Below are positions 1-8,602 of a stretch of 62,392 nt of DNA, piece after piece. Source of the stretch: Myxococcota bacterium (GTDB lineage: Bacteria > Myxococcota_A > Polyangia > Polyangiales > Houyiibacteriaceae); the NCBI GenBank assembly GCA_039030295.1, contig JBCCEK010000004.1, positions 1-62,392 on the forward strand, in the 5' to 3' direction. The position numbers and the translations under genes are program-made. Every line of letters begins with the position of its first letter. Positions within the stretch are counted from its first letter, which is position 1. The notes beneath the pieces were generated by a model. That model saw only the letters and a program-made list of their open reading frames with translations, ran no database searches and was not told the origin of the DNA.

Positions 1-1068
1 ACACCGGGTACAGAGTTCGTTCCCTTGGGCTCGAAGCTTGGCCGTATGGGGTTCGTGGCAATCGCTGCAAATGACCCCGGCCTGGTACATCTTGCTCTGA
101 AGGAACGAGCCGTAGACATACACTTCGTCTCGAATCTGGCCATCGTCGAAATAGAGATCTCCGTCGAGCGTGGCCATGCGGTATCGGTTGTGGTAGCCAG
201 CCCGATCGTCGCCGAGGTCCGCGCGTCGAGAGTGACACGGGGCACATGTCTCGAGCTCATCGGTCTCCGGGGGTGTCGTCAGGACAGCGATGTCGCGCCC
301 GGGAACGAAGGACCACTGGCGCGTGTTTGCGTTCGGCAGCTTTGTCTCCAAACCAGCGCCATCGGAAAGCACACCGAGCTTGGCGTCCTTCACGTGGCGG
401 GAACCGGGGCCATGACACGCTTCACAGCCAACGCTGACCTCCGCGTAGGATGTGTCGTAGCGGCGGGTCTCGCGTTCGTACCCCTTGATCAGCCGCGTCG
501 AGTGACAGTCGGCACAGTTGTTGTTCCAATTGTAGAGTAGCCCCGTCCAGTGGAGTGGGTCCCCGGGTGCGATGTACTCTTCGGGCTGCAGGTGAAACCA
601 ACGCTGCCCGCCCTCGGGCTTCGGTCGGGTGTCCCAGGCGAAAGCGAAAGCCTGGAGCCGGCCAGGCTCTAGTTCGACGAGGTACTGCTGTAGGGGAGCC
701 GCCCCGAACGTGTAGCGAACAGGAAAGGTGCCCAGCTTCCCGTCGGGGCCAAGCGCAGACACAACGAAACTTTCGCCGCGCTTCTCGAAGCGAGCTTCTT
801 CGTCATAGTACGCAGCCGACGCCCCATCGAAGTCTCCAAGGACGGTCGCCTCGGTGGCGGGCTGCATCGCAAGGTCGTGGTGGGATCCTAGCCAAGCCTC
901 ATGCGCTGCCTCGTGACAGGAAGCACAGGTTTCGGTTCCGACGTAGCTGGGCGGGCCGGCTTCGATCGCCGGCGTGGGCTGAGAGGGCTTCGACTCTTTG
1001 TTCGAGCATCCAGCATGCGCGACGAGAACCGCGACGCACCCGATCACGCTTGCGGCGCGTGGCATCAT
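1..1068 (-). CDS. multihaem c-type cytochrome lipoprotein (cytochrome c554-like family); 3' end runs off the window
   Basis: Absent from the ORF track because no stop lies in the window. My reverse-strand translation from ATGATG (1068-1063) stays open to base 1. It reads MMPRAASVIGCVAVLVAHAGC (lipobox), then CxxCH motifs CASCH, CADCH, CEACH, CAPCH, CSDCH. Confidence 0.8.
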   Translation of the reverse strand, partial: MMPRAASVIGCVAVLVAHAGCSNKESKPSQPTPAIEAGPPSYVGTETCASCHEAAHEAWLGSHHDLAMQPATEATVLGDFDGASAAYYDEEARFEKRGESFVVSALGPDGKLGTFPVRYTFGAAPLQQYLVELEPGRLQAFAFAWDTRPKPEGGQRWFHLQPEEYIAPGDPLHWTGLLYNWNNNCADCHSTRLIKGYERETRRYDTSYAEVSVGCEACHGPGSRHVKDAKLGVLSDGAGLETKLPNANTRQWSFVPGRDIAVLTTPPETDELETCAPCHSRRADLGDDRAGYHNRYRMATLDGDLYFDDGQIRDEVYVYGSFLQSKMYQAGVICSDCHEPHTAKLRAQGNELCTRC

Positions 1069-1195
1069 GGCCCGCAATATCGCGGAATCGCCGAGAAGGA
1101 CAACCCGCGCTCGTGTCGCGTGTCGTCGGACGCGTTCGGGAGCGGGGGTCGGGAAAAAGCAGACTGCTCGCTCGCTCTCGGGATATCATCGCGGC

Positions 1196-2701
1196 ATGGC
1201 GATCACCACCAGCAGTGCGGTGCGAGGCGTGCGGTTCTTGGTGAGTCTCTTTTTTCGACGAGTGGAGGTGACCGGGACGGACAACGTGCCGCCAACAGGG
1301 GGCGGGATCCTGATCGCATGGCATCCCAACGGGCTTGTGGACCCAGCGTTGATCGTCAGTAGTTTCCCGCGGCGCGTGGTCTTTGGGGCGCGCCACGGTC
1401 TGTTTCGGTGGCCCCTCGTGGGACAGGTCATGCGGGCACTCGGCACGGTCCCTATCTATCGCGCAGTCGACCTCAAGAACGCGGACGACGAGGCGCGGCG
1501 TGCCGCCAATCGCAAGAGCTTGGATGCGCTCGCGCAGGCGATCTGCGACGGTGGTTTCGCGGCGCTGTTTCCCGAGGGCGTGAGCCACGACGAGCCTTTC
1601 TTACAAGAACTCAAAACGGGAGCGGCTCGCCTCTACTACCGTGCCAAGCAGCTCCGTCACGAAACGGGGGAACCGCCCGTCATCATTCCCGTAGGGCTTC
1701 ACTACGATGACAAGACGTCATTTCGTTCCGACGCGTTAGTGGAGTTTCATCGACCGCTGGCGCTGCCTCGGGAACTCGACACACCCATTCCGGACTTGGA
1801 CGACGAACTGCTTCGGGAGCGAAGCGCTGCGCTAACCACGCATCTCGAGCCGATTCTTCAGGAAGTGACTCATGCAACGGAGAGCTGGGAGCTCAACCGA
1901 CTGATGGGGCGGGTTCGATCGTTGATGCGGGCCGAGCGTGCCAAGCGCGCCGGCGCCAACCTGAAAGCCGCGGACATGACCGAGCGTGCACTCGGGATGG
2001 CCCGTGTGTGGAGAGCCTACCAGGCACGTTCGCTCACGGACCCTGGGATGGTTCAGCAGTTGCTCGGGCGAGTGGCGGCGTACGACGAAGCGCTCCGAGA
2101 GGTGAAGCTCGACGACAACGATCTCGACAAACCCCCTGCGATCGAGTCGAAGTGGCTCCCGCTCATTCTCGCCTTGCAGGCCGCGGTCGTGTTCCTGGTC
2201 TTCCCACCCGTGCTCGTCCTCGGGTCGTTGATCAACGCAGGGCCCTACTTCCTCTCGAACGCCATCGCCAAGCTCGCAGCCAAGCAGTACAAGGACACAG
2301 CCACGATCAAACTGATCGCAGGGCTCGTTCTGTTCCCGACGGCGTGGCTGCTTGCGGCTTTGCTGGTGGGGCTCGGCACGATCGAGATCCACGACTCGTT
2401 CCCGGGTATCCCCCGTGCACCGTGGGCCGCAGGCCTCACGACGTTCTTGATCGGCGCCTTCGGTGGTGCCCTCGCCTTGGTTTATCTCGAGTTGGTCCAG
2501 CGCACATGGAACTCGATCAAGATCCGCGCGAAACGTAAATGGGGCCCGACCATCATCGCGCGCCTCTCGGAGGAACGGAGCGCGCTGTTCGATGCGTTGC
2601 AGTCAATGAGCGAAGGCCTGGATCTACCCGGGCGAGTCCGAGACGACGGGCGCATCAGCGCGACGCCGGGCTTCAGCCTGGACACGGACGACGTGCCTTA
2701 G
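1196..2701 (+). CDS. PlsC-family lysophospholipid acyltransferase with hydrophobic C-terminal domain
   Basis: ORF 998..2701. Start trimmed to ATG 1196 (MAITTSS) because the upstream part would overlap the divergent cytochrome gene. Acyltransferase blocks WHPNGLVD (Hx4D) and LFPEGVSHD. The C-terminal third is membrane-like. Confidence 0.8.
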   Translation: MAITTSSAVRGVRFLVSLFFRRVEVTGTDNVPPTGGGILIAWHPNGLVDPALIVSSFPRRVVFGARHGLFRWPLVGQVMRALGTVPIYRAVDLKNADDEARRAANRKSLDALAQAICDGGFAALFPEGVSHDEPFLQELKTGAARLYYRAKQLRHETGEPPVIIPVGLHYDDKTSFRSDALVEFHRPLALPRELDTPIPDLDDELLRERSAALTTHLEPILQEVTHATESWELNRLMGRVRSLMRAERAKRAGANLKAADMTERALGMARVWRAYQARSLTDPGMVQQLLGRVAAYDEALREVKLDDNDLDKPPAIESKWLPLILALQAAVVFLVFPPVLVLGSLINAGPYFLSNAIAKLAAKQYKDTATIKLIAGLVLFPTAWLLAALLVGLGTIEIHDSFPGIPRAPWAAGLTTFLIGAFGGALALVYLELVQRTWNSIKIRAKRKWGPTIIARLSEERSALFDALQSMSEGLDLPGRVRDDGRISATPGFSLDTDDVP

Positions 2702-2787
2702 GCCGCCTCTCCCCCCTTCAGAGACATCAAAAACGAGTCCTAGGGCGTTCTTGCAGCCCGAAACTGCTGGTATTCCGGCTTGATCCG

Positions 2788-2808
2788 AAAGTAAAGTGAA
2801 TTTACTTT
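2788..2808. promoter_or_regulatory. AT-rich inverted repeat AAAGTAAA-GTGAA-TTTACTTT, candidate TetR operator
   Basis: Perfect 8-nt arms with a 5-nt spacer, ending 8 nt before the tetR ATG at 2816. It is an AT-rich island in a GC-rich context. Confidence 0.45.
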
Positions 2809-2815
2809 AGGGGCC

Positions 2816-3430
2816 ATGACGACGACGACCGTCGGGTCCGGCCGAACACGCCGAGGCCACGCGACCCATGACCGGCTGCTCAACGCAGCGCGGGCAGAGT
2901 TGATCGAGAACGAGGGTCAGATGGAGCTTGCGGCCGTCGCGCGGCGGGCAGGGGTCTCGCCCGGGCTTCCGTACCGGTACTTCGAATCGAAGAGCGCGTT
3001 GCTGGTCGCGGTGGTCGAAGGGTTCTTCGACTCGCTCGACGAGGTCGTCTATCGACCGGTGTTCGCGGAAGTCTCGGACGACTGGTGGGAGCGCGAGAAG
3101 GTGCGAATCGAGAAGATGGTCGAGTTCTTCTACGATGAACCGCTCGGCCCATACGTCGCAACCCAGCTCGCAGGGGACGCTGCCGTTGCTGCCACAAAGA
3201 CGCGGCGCGCGACGCAGCGTGTACGAGGAGCGACCGCCAACGTGGAAACCGGAAAGCGGTTGGGACGTGTCCCGGCGTTCATCGATGCAGAGCTCTCAGG
3301 TGCTTGCCTCATGGGAGGCGTGGAGCAAGCCATCCACCTCGCGCTGACGCACAGTCCGAAGATCGCTCGTGCTCGCGTCGTGGAACAGCTTCAAGCGTTT
3401 ATGCGCAATGTCTTGCAGATCGAGGAGTAG
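2816..3430 (+). CDS. TetR/AcrR family transcriptional regulator
   Basis: N-terminal HTH: RLLNAARAELIENEGQMELAAVARRAGVSPGLPYRYFESKSALLVAVV. ATG start verified. Confidence 0.9.
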   Translation: MTTTTVGSGRTRRGHATHDRLLNAARAELIENEGQMELAAVARRAGVSPGLPYRYFESKSALLVAVVEGFFDSLDEVVYRPVFAEVSDDWWEREKVRIEKMVEFFYDEPLGPYVATQLAGDAAVAATKTRRATQRVRGATANVETGKRLGRVPAFIDAELSGACLMGGVEQAIHLALTHSPKIARARVVEQLQAFMRNVLQIEE

Positions 3431-3433
3431 GCC

Positions 3434-4582
3434 ATGAAACAAGAGAAGGCGATCGAGCTGATTTCAGAATGCCTGGAGCTGATCGGCAAAGACGAGCCGT
3501 TCATGACGAATGACGAGATGAAGGTTCCCGTGAGGGAGTACCTAGACGAGCGCATGTTCGACGAGGAACGGGCCCAGCTGCTTCGCAGCTCAATGAACAT
3601 CGTCGCCCACGGGAGCCAAGTGTCGAAGCCCGGGGACTTCATCACGCGCGACGTCCTTGGGACGCCGGTCCTGCTGGCGCGACAGAAGGACGGCACTCTC
3701 AAGGCGTTCGTCAACGTCTGCAGGCACCGCGGCGCAACGGTAGAGACGCGATCGCACGGGAACTGCCGGCGTTTCGTCTGTCCGTACCATGCGTGGACCT
3801 ATCGGACCGACGGGGCTCTGGCTGCGGTTCGACACGAAGACGGGTTTCCGACGCTCGACGTCGCGAACACGCACTTGGTGGAGCTTCAATGCTACGAGGC
3901 CGCAGGTCTCGTATGGGTGTGCCCCGACCCTCAGGCACCAACTTGGTCACCCGACGAGGGTACCAGGACGCTGATCGCCGAGCTCGAGGGGCTTGGGTGC
4001 GGCTCGTCGGTCGTGTTCGCGTCGGACGATCGTGTCTGGCACGCAAACTGGAAGCTCATCGCCGACGGGGGTCTCGAGTCTTACCACTTCAAGATCTTGC
4101 ATCGCAACACCATCGCCGACTTCTTCACCGACAATATCTCCACGTTTGAGTTCCTTGGCGATCACATCCGCACCGTTCTCCCTCAGCGCTCGATCGTCGA
4201 GCTTCGAGAACAACCCGAGTCCACGTGGGACATCCGCAAGCACACGCATGTCGTGTACTTCGTCGCGCCGAATGCGACGATTCTGATTCAAGAAGGGCAC
4301 TACGAGCTGATCTTGACGACGCCGTTGTCGGTCGGCCAAACACGGATCGAGGTGCTGACTGTGGTACCCGCGCCGCGTGAGTCCGGCTTCAGCGACCGCG
4401 CGACGCAGTTCTGGACCGCCAATCATGATTTCACCAGGAAGACCCTATACGAAGACTTCGAGGTCGGCGAGCAGATCCAGCGAGGGATGCACACAGGCGC
4501 GAACGAGTTCTTTCGCTTTGCGCGCTTCGAGGGAGCTCTCACGCAATGGCATGAGCGGCTGGCCAACCGGCTCGGGCGTTAG
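3434..4582 (+). CDS. Rieske [2Fe-2S] non-haem-iron oxygenase, alpha-subunit type
   Basis: Rieske motif CRHRG..x..CPYHAWTY. Mononuclear iron motif DGGLESYHFKILH (D-x3-E-x2-H-x4-H). Starts 3 nt after the tetR stop. Confidence 0.9.
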   Translation: MKQEKAIELISECLELIGKDEPFMTNDEMKVPVREYLDERMFDEERAQLLRSSMNIVAHGSQVSKPGDFITRDVLGTPVLLARQKDGTLKAFVNVCRHRGATVETRSHGNCRRFVCPYHAWTYRTDGALAAVRHEDGFPTLDVANTHLVELQCYEAAGLVWVCPDPQAPTWSPDEGTRTLIAELEGLGCGSSVVFASDDRVWHANWKLIADGGLESYHFKILHRNTIADFFTDNISTFEFLGDHIRTVLPQRSIVELREQPESTWDIRKHTHVVYFVAPNATILIQEGHYELILTTPLSVGQTRIEVLTVVPAPRESGFSDRATQFWTANHDFTRKTLYEDFEVGEQIQRGMHTGANEFFRFARFEGALTQWHERLANRLGR

Positions 4583-4670
4583 GGCGCGAGACACATCGGT
4601 CCTCGGAGCGCGAAACTCCGATGCGGGTTCCGCGGTGCGAGGGGCGCCTTGAACCTAGGGGCGGAGGGGC

Positions 4671-4745
4671 GATTTGGGTTTTCGCGGTGCGGCCGGTAAA
4701 TGCTTGGAAATGAAGGGTTTTTGGGGGGCTAGCGTGACCCCGGGT
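4671..4745 (+). repeat. copy A of a ~74-nt conserved intergenic element (copy B at 30012..30086)
   Basis: The 20-mer TTTGGGTTTTCGCGGTGCGG at 4673-4692 is identical at 30014-30033. Downstream blocks TGGAA, TTTTnGGGGG and GTGACCCCG keep the same spacing. A degenerate half copy GGGTTCCGCGGTGCG lies at 4625-4639. Confidence 0.6.
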
Positions 4746-5283
4746 TCCAGGGGATGTCGGGGATGGCGTCTTGGTGGTTGGCGTAGCGTGCGAGGGTGAA
4801 GAGGAGGTCGCTCAGGCGGTTGAGGTAGCGCGAGACTTCGCCGCGCACGGGCTCTTCGGCACTGAGGGATACGACGGCGCGTTCGGCACGGCGGGCGACG
4901 CATCTTGCGACATGAAGGCGAGCGGCGTTCTCGCCTCCGCCCGGGAGTACGAACGAGGTGAGGGGCGGTGGGCCCTCTTCGAATCGGTCGATGGCTCGCT
5001 CGAGTACCTCGACTTGGCTCTCGTCGATCATCGGGAGTCCGCCTTTGTCGCTCCGGCCCGGTGCCGAACCGAGCTCGGCACCGACTTCGAAGAGCTCGGT
5101 CTGGATCTGGTTGAGCAAGGCGTCGATCTCGCGATCGGCGATGGGAACGCGTACCCATCCGAGCGTGCTGTTGAGCTCGTCGACCTCACCGTAAGCGGTG
5201 ACGCGCAGGGAGGCTTTCGAAACCCGCGTACCTCCGAACAGCCCAGTGTCTCCGGCGTCGCCGGTCTTCGTGTAGATCTTCAT
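4729..5283 (-). CDS. PduO-type ATP:cob(I)alamin adenosyltransferase
   Basis: N-terminus MKIYTKTGDAGDTGLFGGTRVSK is typical of the family. ATGA overlap with the fmt stop. Confidence 0.9.
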   Translation of the reverse strand: MKIYTKTGDAGDTGLFGGTRVSKASLRVTAYGEVDELNSTLGWVRVPIADREIDALLNQIQTELFEVGAELGSAPGRSDKGGLPMIDESQVEVLERAIDRFEEGPPPLTSFVLPGGGENAARLHVARCVARRAERAVVSLSAEEPVRGEVSRYLNRLSDLLFTLARYANHQDAIPDIPWNPGSR

Positions 5284-6230
5284 CGGTTGTTGACCTCCGC
5301 GGCCGAGAATCGGTCGCCTACCTTCACGCTGCGCCCCGAAATGAACGCCTGTGCATCAAGCCTCTTGCGCCCACTCTCCTGGAGCTCTTGAAGCTCGATC
5401 GTCCCCTCCGAACAGGCGACCAGGACCCCTTCGGGGTCGAGCGCGATGACCTCACCCGGCACTGCGGGTGCGGGGTCGAGGGTCGAGGGCTGCGCGCGGT
5501 AGACCTTGATTCGACGACCGTCGAGCTCGGCGTACGCGCCCGGCCATGGGTTCATTCCCCGTATCTGATTGTGGACATCGTTCGCGGTCCGGTTCCAGTC
5601 GATCCGCCCGTGGGTCTTGTCGAGCAAGGGCGCCATCGTGGCCGCGTCGTTGTTCTGAGGCACGGGCTCAAGCTGCCCGGCGACATGCTCTCGGAGCTTA
5701 CGCGCCAGAAGGTCGGCGCCGAGCGCAGACAGACGCTCGCTGAGCGAGGCCGCATCGTCATCGCGTTCTATGGGTGTGGTGGCGGTGGCAAGGATCGGGC
5801 CCGTATCCATGCCTTCGTCCATCTGCATGAGTGTGACACCCGTCTCAGTGTCGCCATGCACGATCGCCCACTGGATGGGAGCGGCGCCGCGCCAACGTGG
5901 GAGGAGCGACGCATGTACGTTCACGCAACCCATCCGCGGCGCTTCGAGGACCGCGAGCGGGAGAATCCGCCCATAGGCAACGACGACGCCGACGTCCGCC
6001 CCGAGCGATCGCAACCGATCGGCAAACTCAGGCGTTCGGACTCTGGTCGGTTGCCAGACGTCGAGCCCGAGTTCAAGAGCCCGTTGCTTCACGGCAGGCG
6101 CTCTCACGGACAACCCTCGGCCGGCGGGCCTGTCGGGCTGCGACACGACAGCAGCGACCTCGCTTATCCGGTGCAACGCATCGAGACACGGCACCGCGAA
6201 GTCGGGGCTACCGAAGAAGACCGTCCGCAC
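5280..6230 (-). CDS. fmt: methionyl-tRNA formyltransferase
   Basis: RTVFFGSPDFAV N-terminus and HASLLPRWRGAAPIQ motif. GTG start at 6230 verified. Confidence 0.95.
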   Translation of the reverse strand: MRTVFFGSPDFAVPCLDALHRISEVAAVVSQPDRPAGRGLSVRAPAVKQRALELGLDVWQPTRVRTPEFADRLRSLGADVGVVVAYGRILPLAVLEAPRMGCVNVHASLLPRWRGAAPIQWAIVHGDTETGVTLMQMDEGMDTGPILATATTPIERDDDAASLSERLSALGADLLARKLREHVAGQLEPVPQNNDAATMAPLLDKTHGRIDWNRTANDVHNQIRGMNPWPGAYAELDGRRIKVYRAQPSTLDPAPAVPGEVIALDPEGVLVACSEGTIELQELQESGRKRLDAQAFISGRSVKVGDRFSAAEVNNR

Positions 6231-6237
6231 GTGAGGC

Positions 6238-6756
6238 TCACTGAGCCGCGTCGGCCGATGCAGCGCGCTTGGTCATCGTCCGGTGCACGAGACGCTTTCG
6301 GAGAACGCTCAGGCGATCGATCATGAGCTTGCCTTCGAGATGATCGTTCTCGTGCTGAATCGCGATCGCCAACAGGCCGTCGGCTTCGAGTTCGAAAGGC
6401 TTGCCTTCGCGATCGAGCGCTCGGACCCTGACGCGCTCGGCACGGTCGATCTCTTCGCGGACGCCCGGGAATGACAAGCAGCCCTCACTAAACGTCGTCT
6501 CACCCTCGGTCTCGACAATCTCCGGGTTGATGAACACCCTGAGGTCACTCGGCTCGTCGTCCTCGGTGGCGACATCGACGATGAAGAGCCGTTTGGACAC
6601 GCCGATCTGCGGGGCGGCCAGCCCTACTCCTGGCGCGGCGTACATGGTCTCGGCCATGTCCTCGATGAGCGTCTGCAACTCCTCATCGAACTCGGTAACC
6701 TCTTGGCCCGGGTTGCGAAGACGCTTGTCTGGGTAAGCGAGAATCGGTCGAATCAC
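6238..6756 (-). CDS. def: peptide deformylase
   Basis: GVGLAAPQIG, EGCLSFPG and HENDHLEG motifs. GTG start at 6756. Confidence 0.95.
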   Translation of the reverse strand: MIRPILAYPDKRLRNPGQEVTEFDEELQTLIEDMAETMYAAPGVGLAAPQIGVSKRLFIVDVATEDDEPSDLRVFINPEIVETEGETTFSEGCLSFPGVREEIDRAERVRVRALDREGKPFELEADGLLAIAIQHENDHLEGKLMIDRLSVLRKRLVHRTMTKRAASADAAQ

Positions 6757-6804
6757 CTTCTTTTTCTAGCGCCGGGTGGGCGCGGTGGCAACGTCCACGG
6801 CGAG

Positions 6805-6858
6805 TTGACACGAGGACGTCGGTAGAACATGTTCTATTTTCACACACCGCACGGTGTG
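6805..6858 (+). promoter_or_regulatory. putative promoter/operator of the kstD-like gene
   Basis: TTGACA hexamer at 6805-6810. Perfect 14-bp palindrome TAGAACATGTTCTA at 6823-6836. Second inverted repeat CACACCG-CA-CGGTGTG at 6843-6858. RBS GAGGGAG lies before ATG 6872. Confidence 0.5.
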
Positions 6859-6871
6859 CGAGGGAGCGCCG

Positions 6872-8602
6872 ATGCCCGAATGGGACCAAAGTGTTGATTG
6901 GCTAGTCATGGGAAGCGGCGCCTCCGGGTTGTCGGGCGCCATCCGGGCACACGACCTCGGCCTAGACGTCTTGATCGCGGAGAAGAGCGATCTGTTCGGC
7001 GGGAACACGGCCATGTCCGGCGGGGTCTGCTGGGTGGCCAACAACCCCGGAATGGCTGCCGAGGGCATCGAGGACTCCGACGAAGATGGCTTCACCTACT
7101 TGAAGCACATCACTCGCGGTGAAGTCCCGGACGATCGGCTGCGACTCTACGTTCGCGAAAGCAAACGGGTGCTCGCATACTTGCATGACCACACGCACGT
7201 TCGATATGTGCCGCTCGCCAAGTACACCGACTACTACCCCGAAGCGCCAGGCGGAAGGCCTGGTGGCCGCTCGATGGACCCCCTACCCTTCGACGGATCG
7301 CGGCTCCGCGAACACCTCATTCAACTGCGTCGGCCGCACCCTCAATCGCAGATCCTCGGCAAGTTCGGGATCACGGCCAAAGAAGCGCACTCGGCCATCG
7401 GCGTCGGGTTCCGGACGATGCTCTTCATGGCGTGGCAGATGTTTCTGTACCTTCTGCGCTACGGTAAACGCAAACGCTGGGGCCGAGATACCAAGCTTTG
7501 CGCGGGCAACTCCCTGGTGGGCCGACTGCTGCTTTCCGTCAAGGAACGCAACATCCCAGCTTGGCTCAACACCGAGGTGAGCGAACTGGTCTTCGAGGGC
7601 GACCGCGTGGCTGGGGTGGTCCTGAACAAAGATGGCGAGACTCTGCGTGTCCAAGCCCGACGCGGAGTGCTCATCGCTGCGGGTGGCTTCTCACGCAACC
7701 TCGAGATGCGACGAAGGTACCAACGGCTCCCCATCGAGACCGATTGGACCGCCGGAAGCCCATCCAACACGGGCGACGGGATTCAACTCGGAGAGAAGGC
7801 TGGCGGCACACTCGACCTGATGGACGAAGCATGGTGGACCCCCGTTTCGCTAGTGCCGAAGTCGCCCTTCTCATGGGTGATGGTCGTCGAGAAGAGCCTC
7901 CCTCACGGCCTGTTCGTCAACCAAGAGGGCTGCCGCTTCACGAACGAGGCCGCTCCCTACATCGACGTGGTGCATGGCATGTACGAGGACGTGGCGCGCA
8001 CCAACACGGACGACCCCAGGTGGTACCACGTATTCGATGCGACCTATCGGCGCTCTTCGATCGCTGGCCCTGTCGGCCCGGGCAAGGTGATGCCCGACAA
8101 ACAGCTGCCACGACGCTACAAGAACGGCAATTATCTCTTCCGAGCCTCGTCGCTCGAAGAGCTCGCTTCGCAGATCGACGTTCCCGCGGATTCGCTTCGA
8201 CACACCATCGATCGCTTCAACGAGTACGCGGTCCGCGGCGAAGACCCCGACTTCAATCGCGGTTGGAGTTCGCAAGACCGCTACTATGGCGACCCACGCG
8301 TCAAACCCAACTGCGCGCTCGGCCCAGTCGAGACTGGGCCGTTCTACGCAGTACGGATCTATCCGGGCGACCTCGGCACCAAAGGGGGTCTCAGGACCGA
8401 CGACCAGAGCCGCGTCCTCAACGCCGAAGGCAAGTGGATCCCAGGGTTGTATGCCGCGGGCAACTCCACCGCCTCGATCATGGGTCGAACCTACCCGGGT
8501 GCTGGCGGTACGATCGGGCCGGCCCTGATGTTCGGGTTTCTTGCGGCGGAGGCAGCAGCGGCAGACTCGACTGGCGCCCATGAGATGGAAGCCGCCGAAT
8601 GA
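6872..8602 (+). CDS. kstD: FAD-dependent 3-oxosteroid 1-dehydrogenase family protein (KstD-like)
   Basis: ORF 6854..8602; ATG 6872 preferred because of the RBS. FAD fold VMGSGASGLSG..EKSDLFGGNTAMSGG. C-terminal GPFYAVRIYPGDLGTKGGLRTD..GLYAAGNSTASIMGRTYPGAGGTIGPALMFG closely parallels the actinobacterial KstD I recall. Confidence 0.85.
   Translation: MPEWDQSVDWLVMGSGASGLSGAIRAHDLGLDVLIAEKSDLFGGNTAMSGGVCWVANNPGMAAEGIEDSDEDGFTYLKHITRGEVPDDRLRLYVRESKRVLAYLHDHTHVRYVPLAKYTDYYPEAPGGRPGGRSMDPLPFDGSRLREHLIQLRRPHPQSQILGKFGITAKEAHSAIGVGFRTMLFMAWQMFLYLLRYGKRKRWGRDTKLCAGNSLVGRLLLSVKERNIPAWLNTEVSELVFEGDRVAGVVLNKDGETLRVQARRGVLIAAGGFSRNLEMRRRYQRLPIETDWTAGSPSNTGDGIQLGEKAGGTLDLMDEAWWTPVSLVPKSPFSWVMVVEKSLPHGLFVNQEGCRFTNEAAPYIDVVHGMYEDVARTNTDDPRWYHVFDATYRRSSIAGPVGPGKVMPDKQLPRRYKNGNYLFRASSLEELASQIDVPADSLRHTIDRFNEYAVRGEDPDFNRGWSSQDRYYGDPRVKPNCALGPVETGPFYAVRIYPGDLGTKGGLRTDDQSRVLNAEGKWIPGLYAAGNSTASIMGRTYPGAGGTIGPALMFGFLAAEAAAADSTGAHEMEAAE

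Noticed and set aside
25-540. 171-aa plus-strand ORF (and neighbouring track ORFs up to ~1590) at the left edge
   Set aside because: The opposite strand encodes an uninterrupted multihaem cytochrome with lipobox and five CxxCH motifs. The plus-strand products are low-complexity Arg/Ala/Gly-rich strings, typical of antisense frames in GC-rich DNA.
3434-4582. Rieske oxygenase as KshA (3-ketosteroid 9-alpha-hydroxylase), which would extend the steroid module
   Set aside because: The size is similar, but outside the generic Rieske and iron motifs the sequence does not resemble the KshA sequence I recall. It also has its own TetR with a different operator. Left as a generic Rieske oxygenase.
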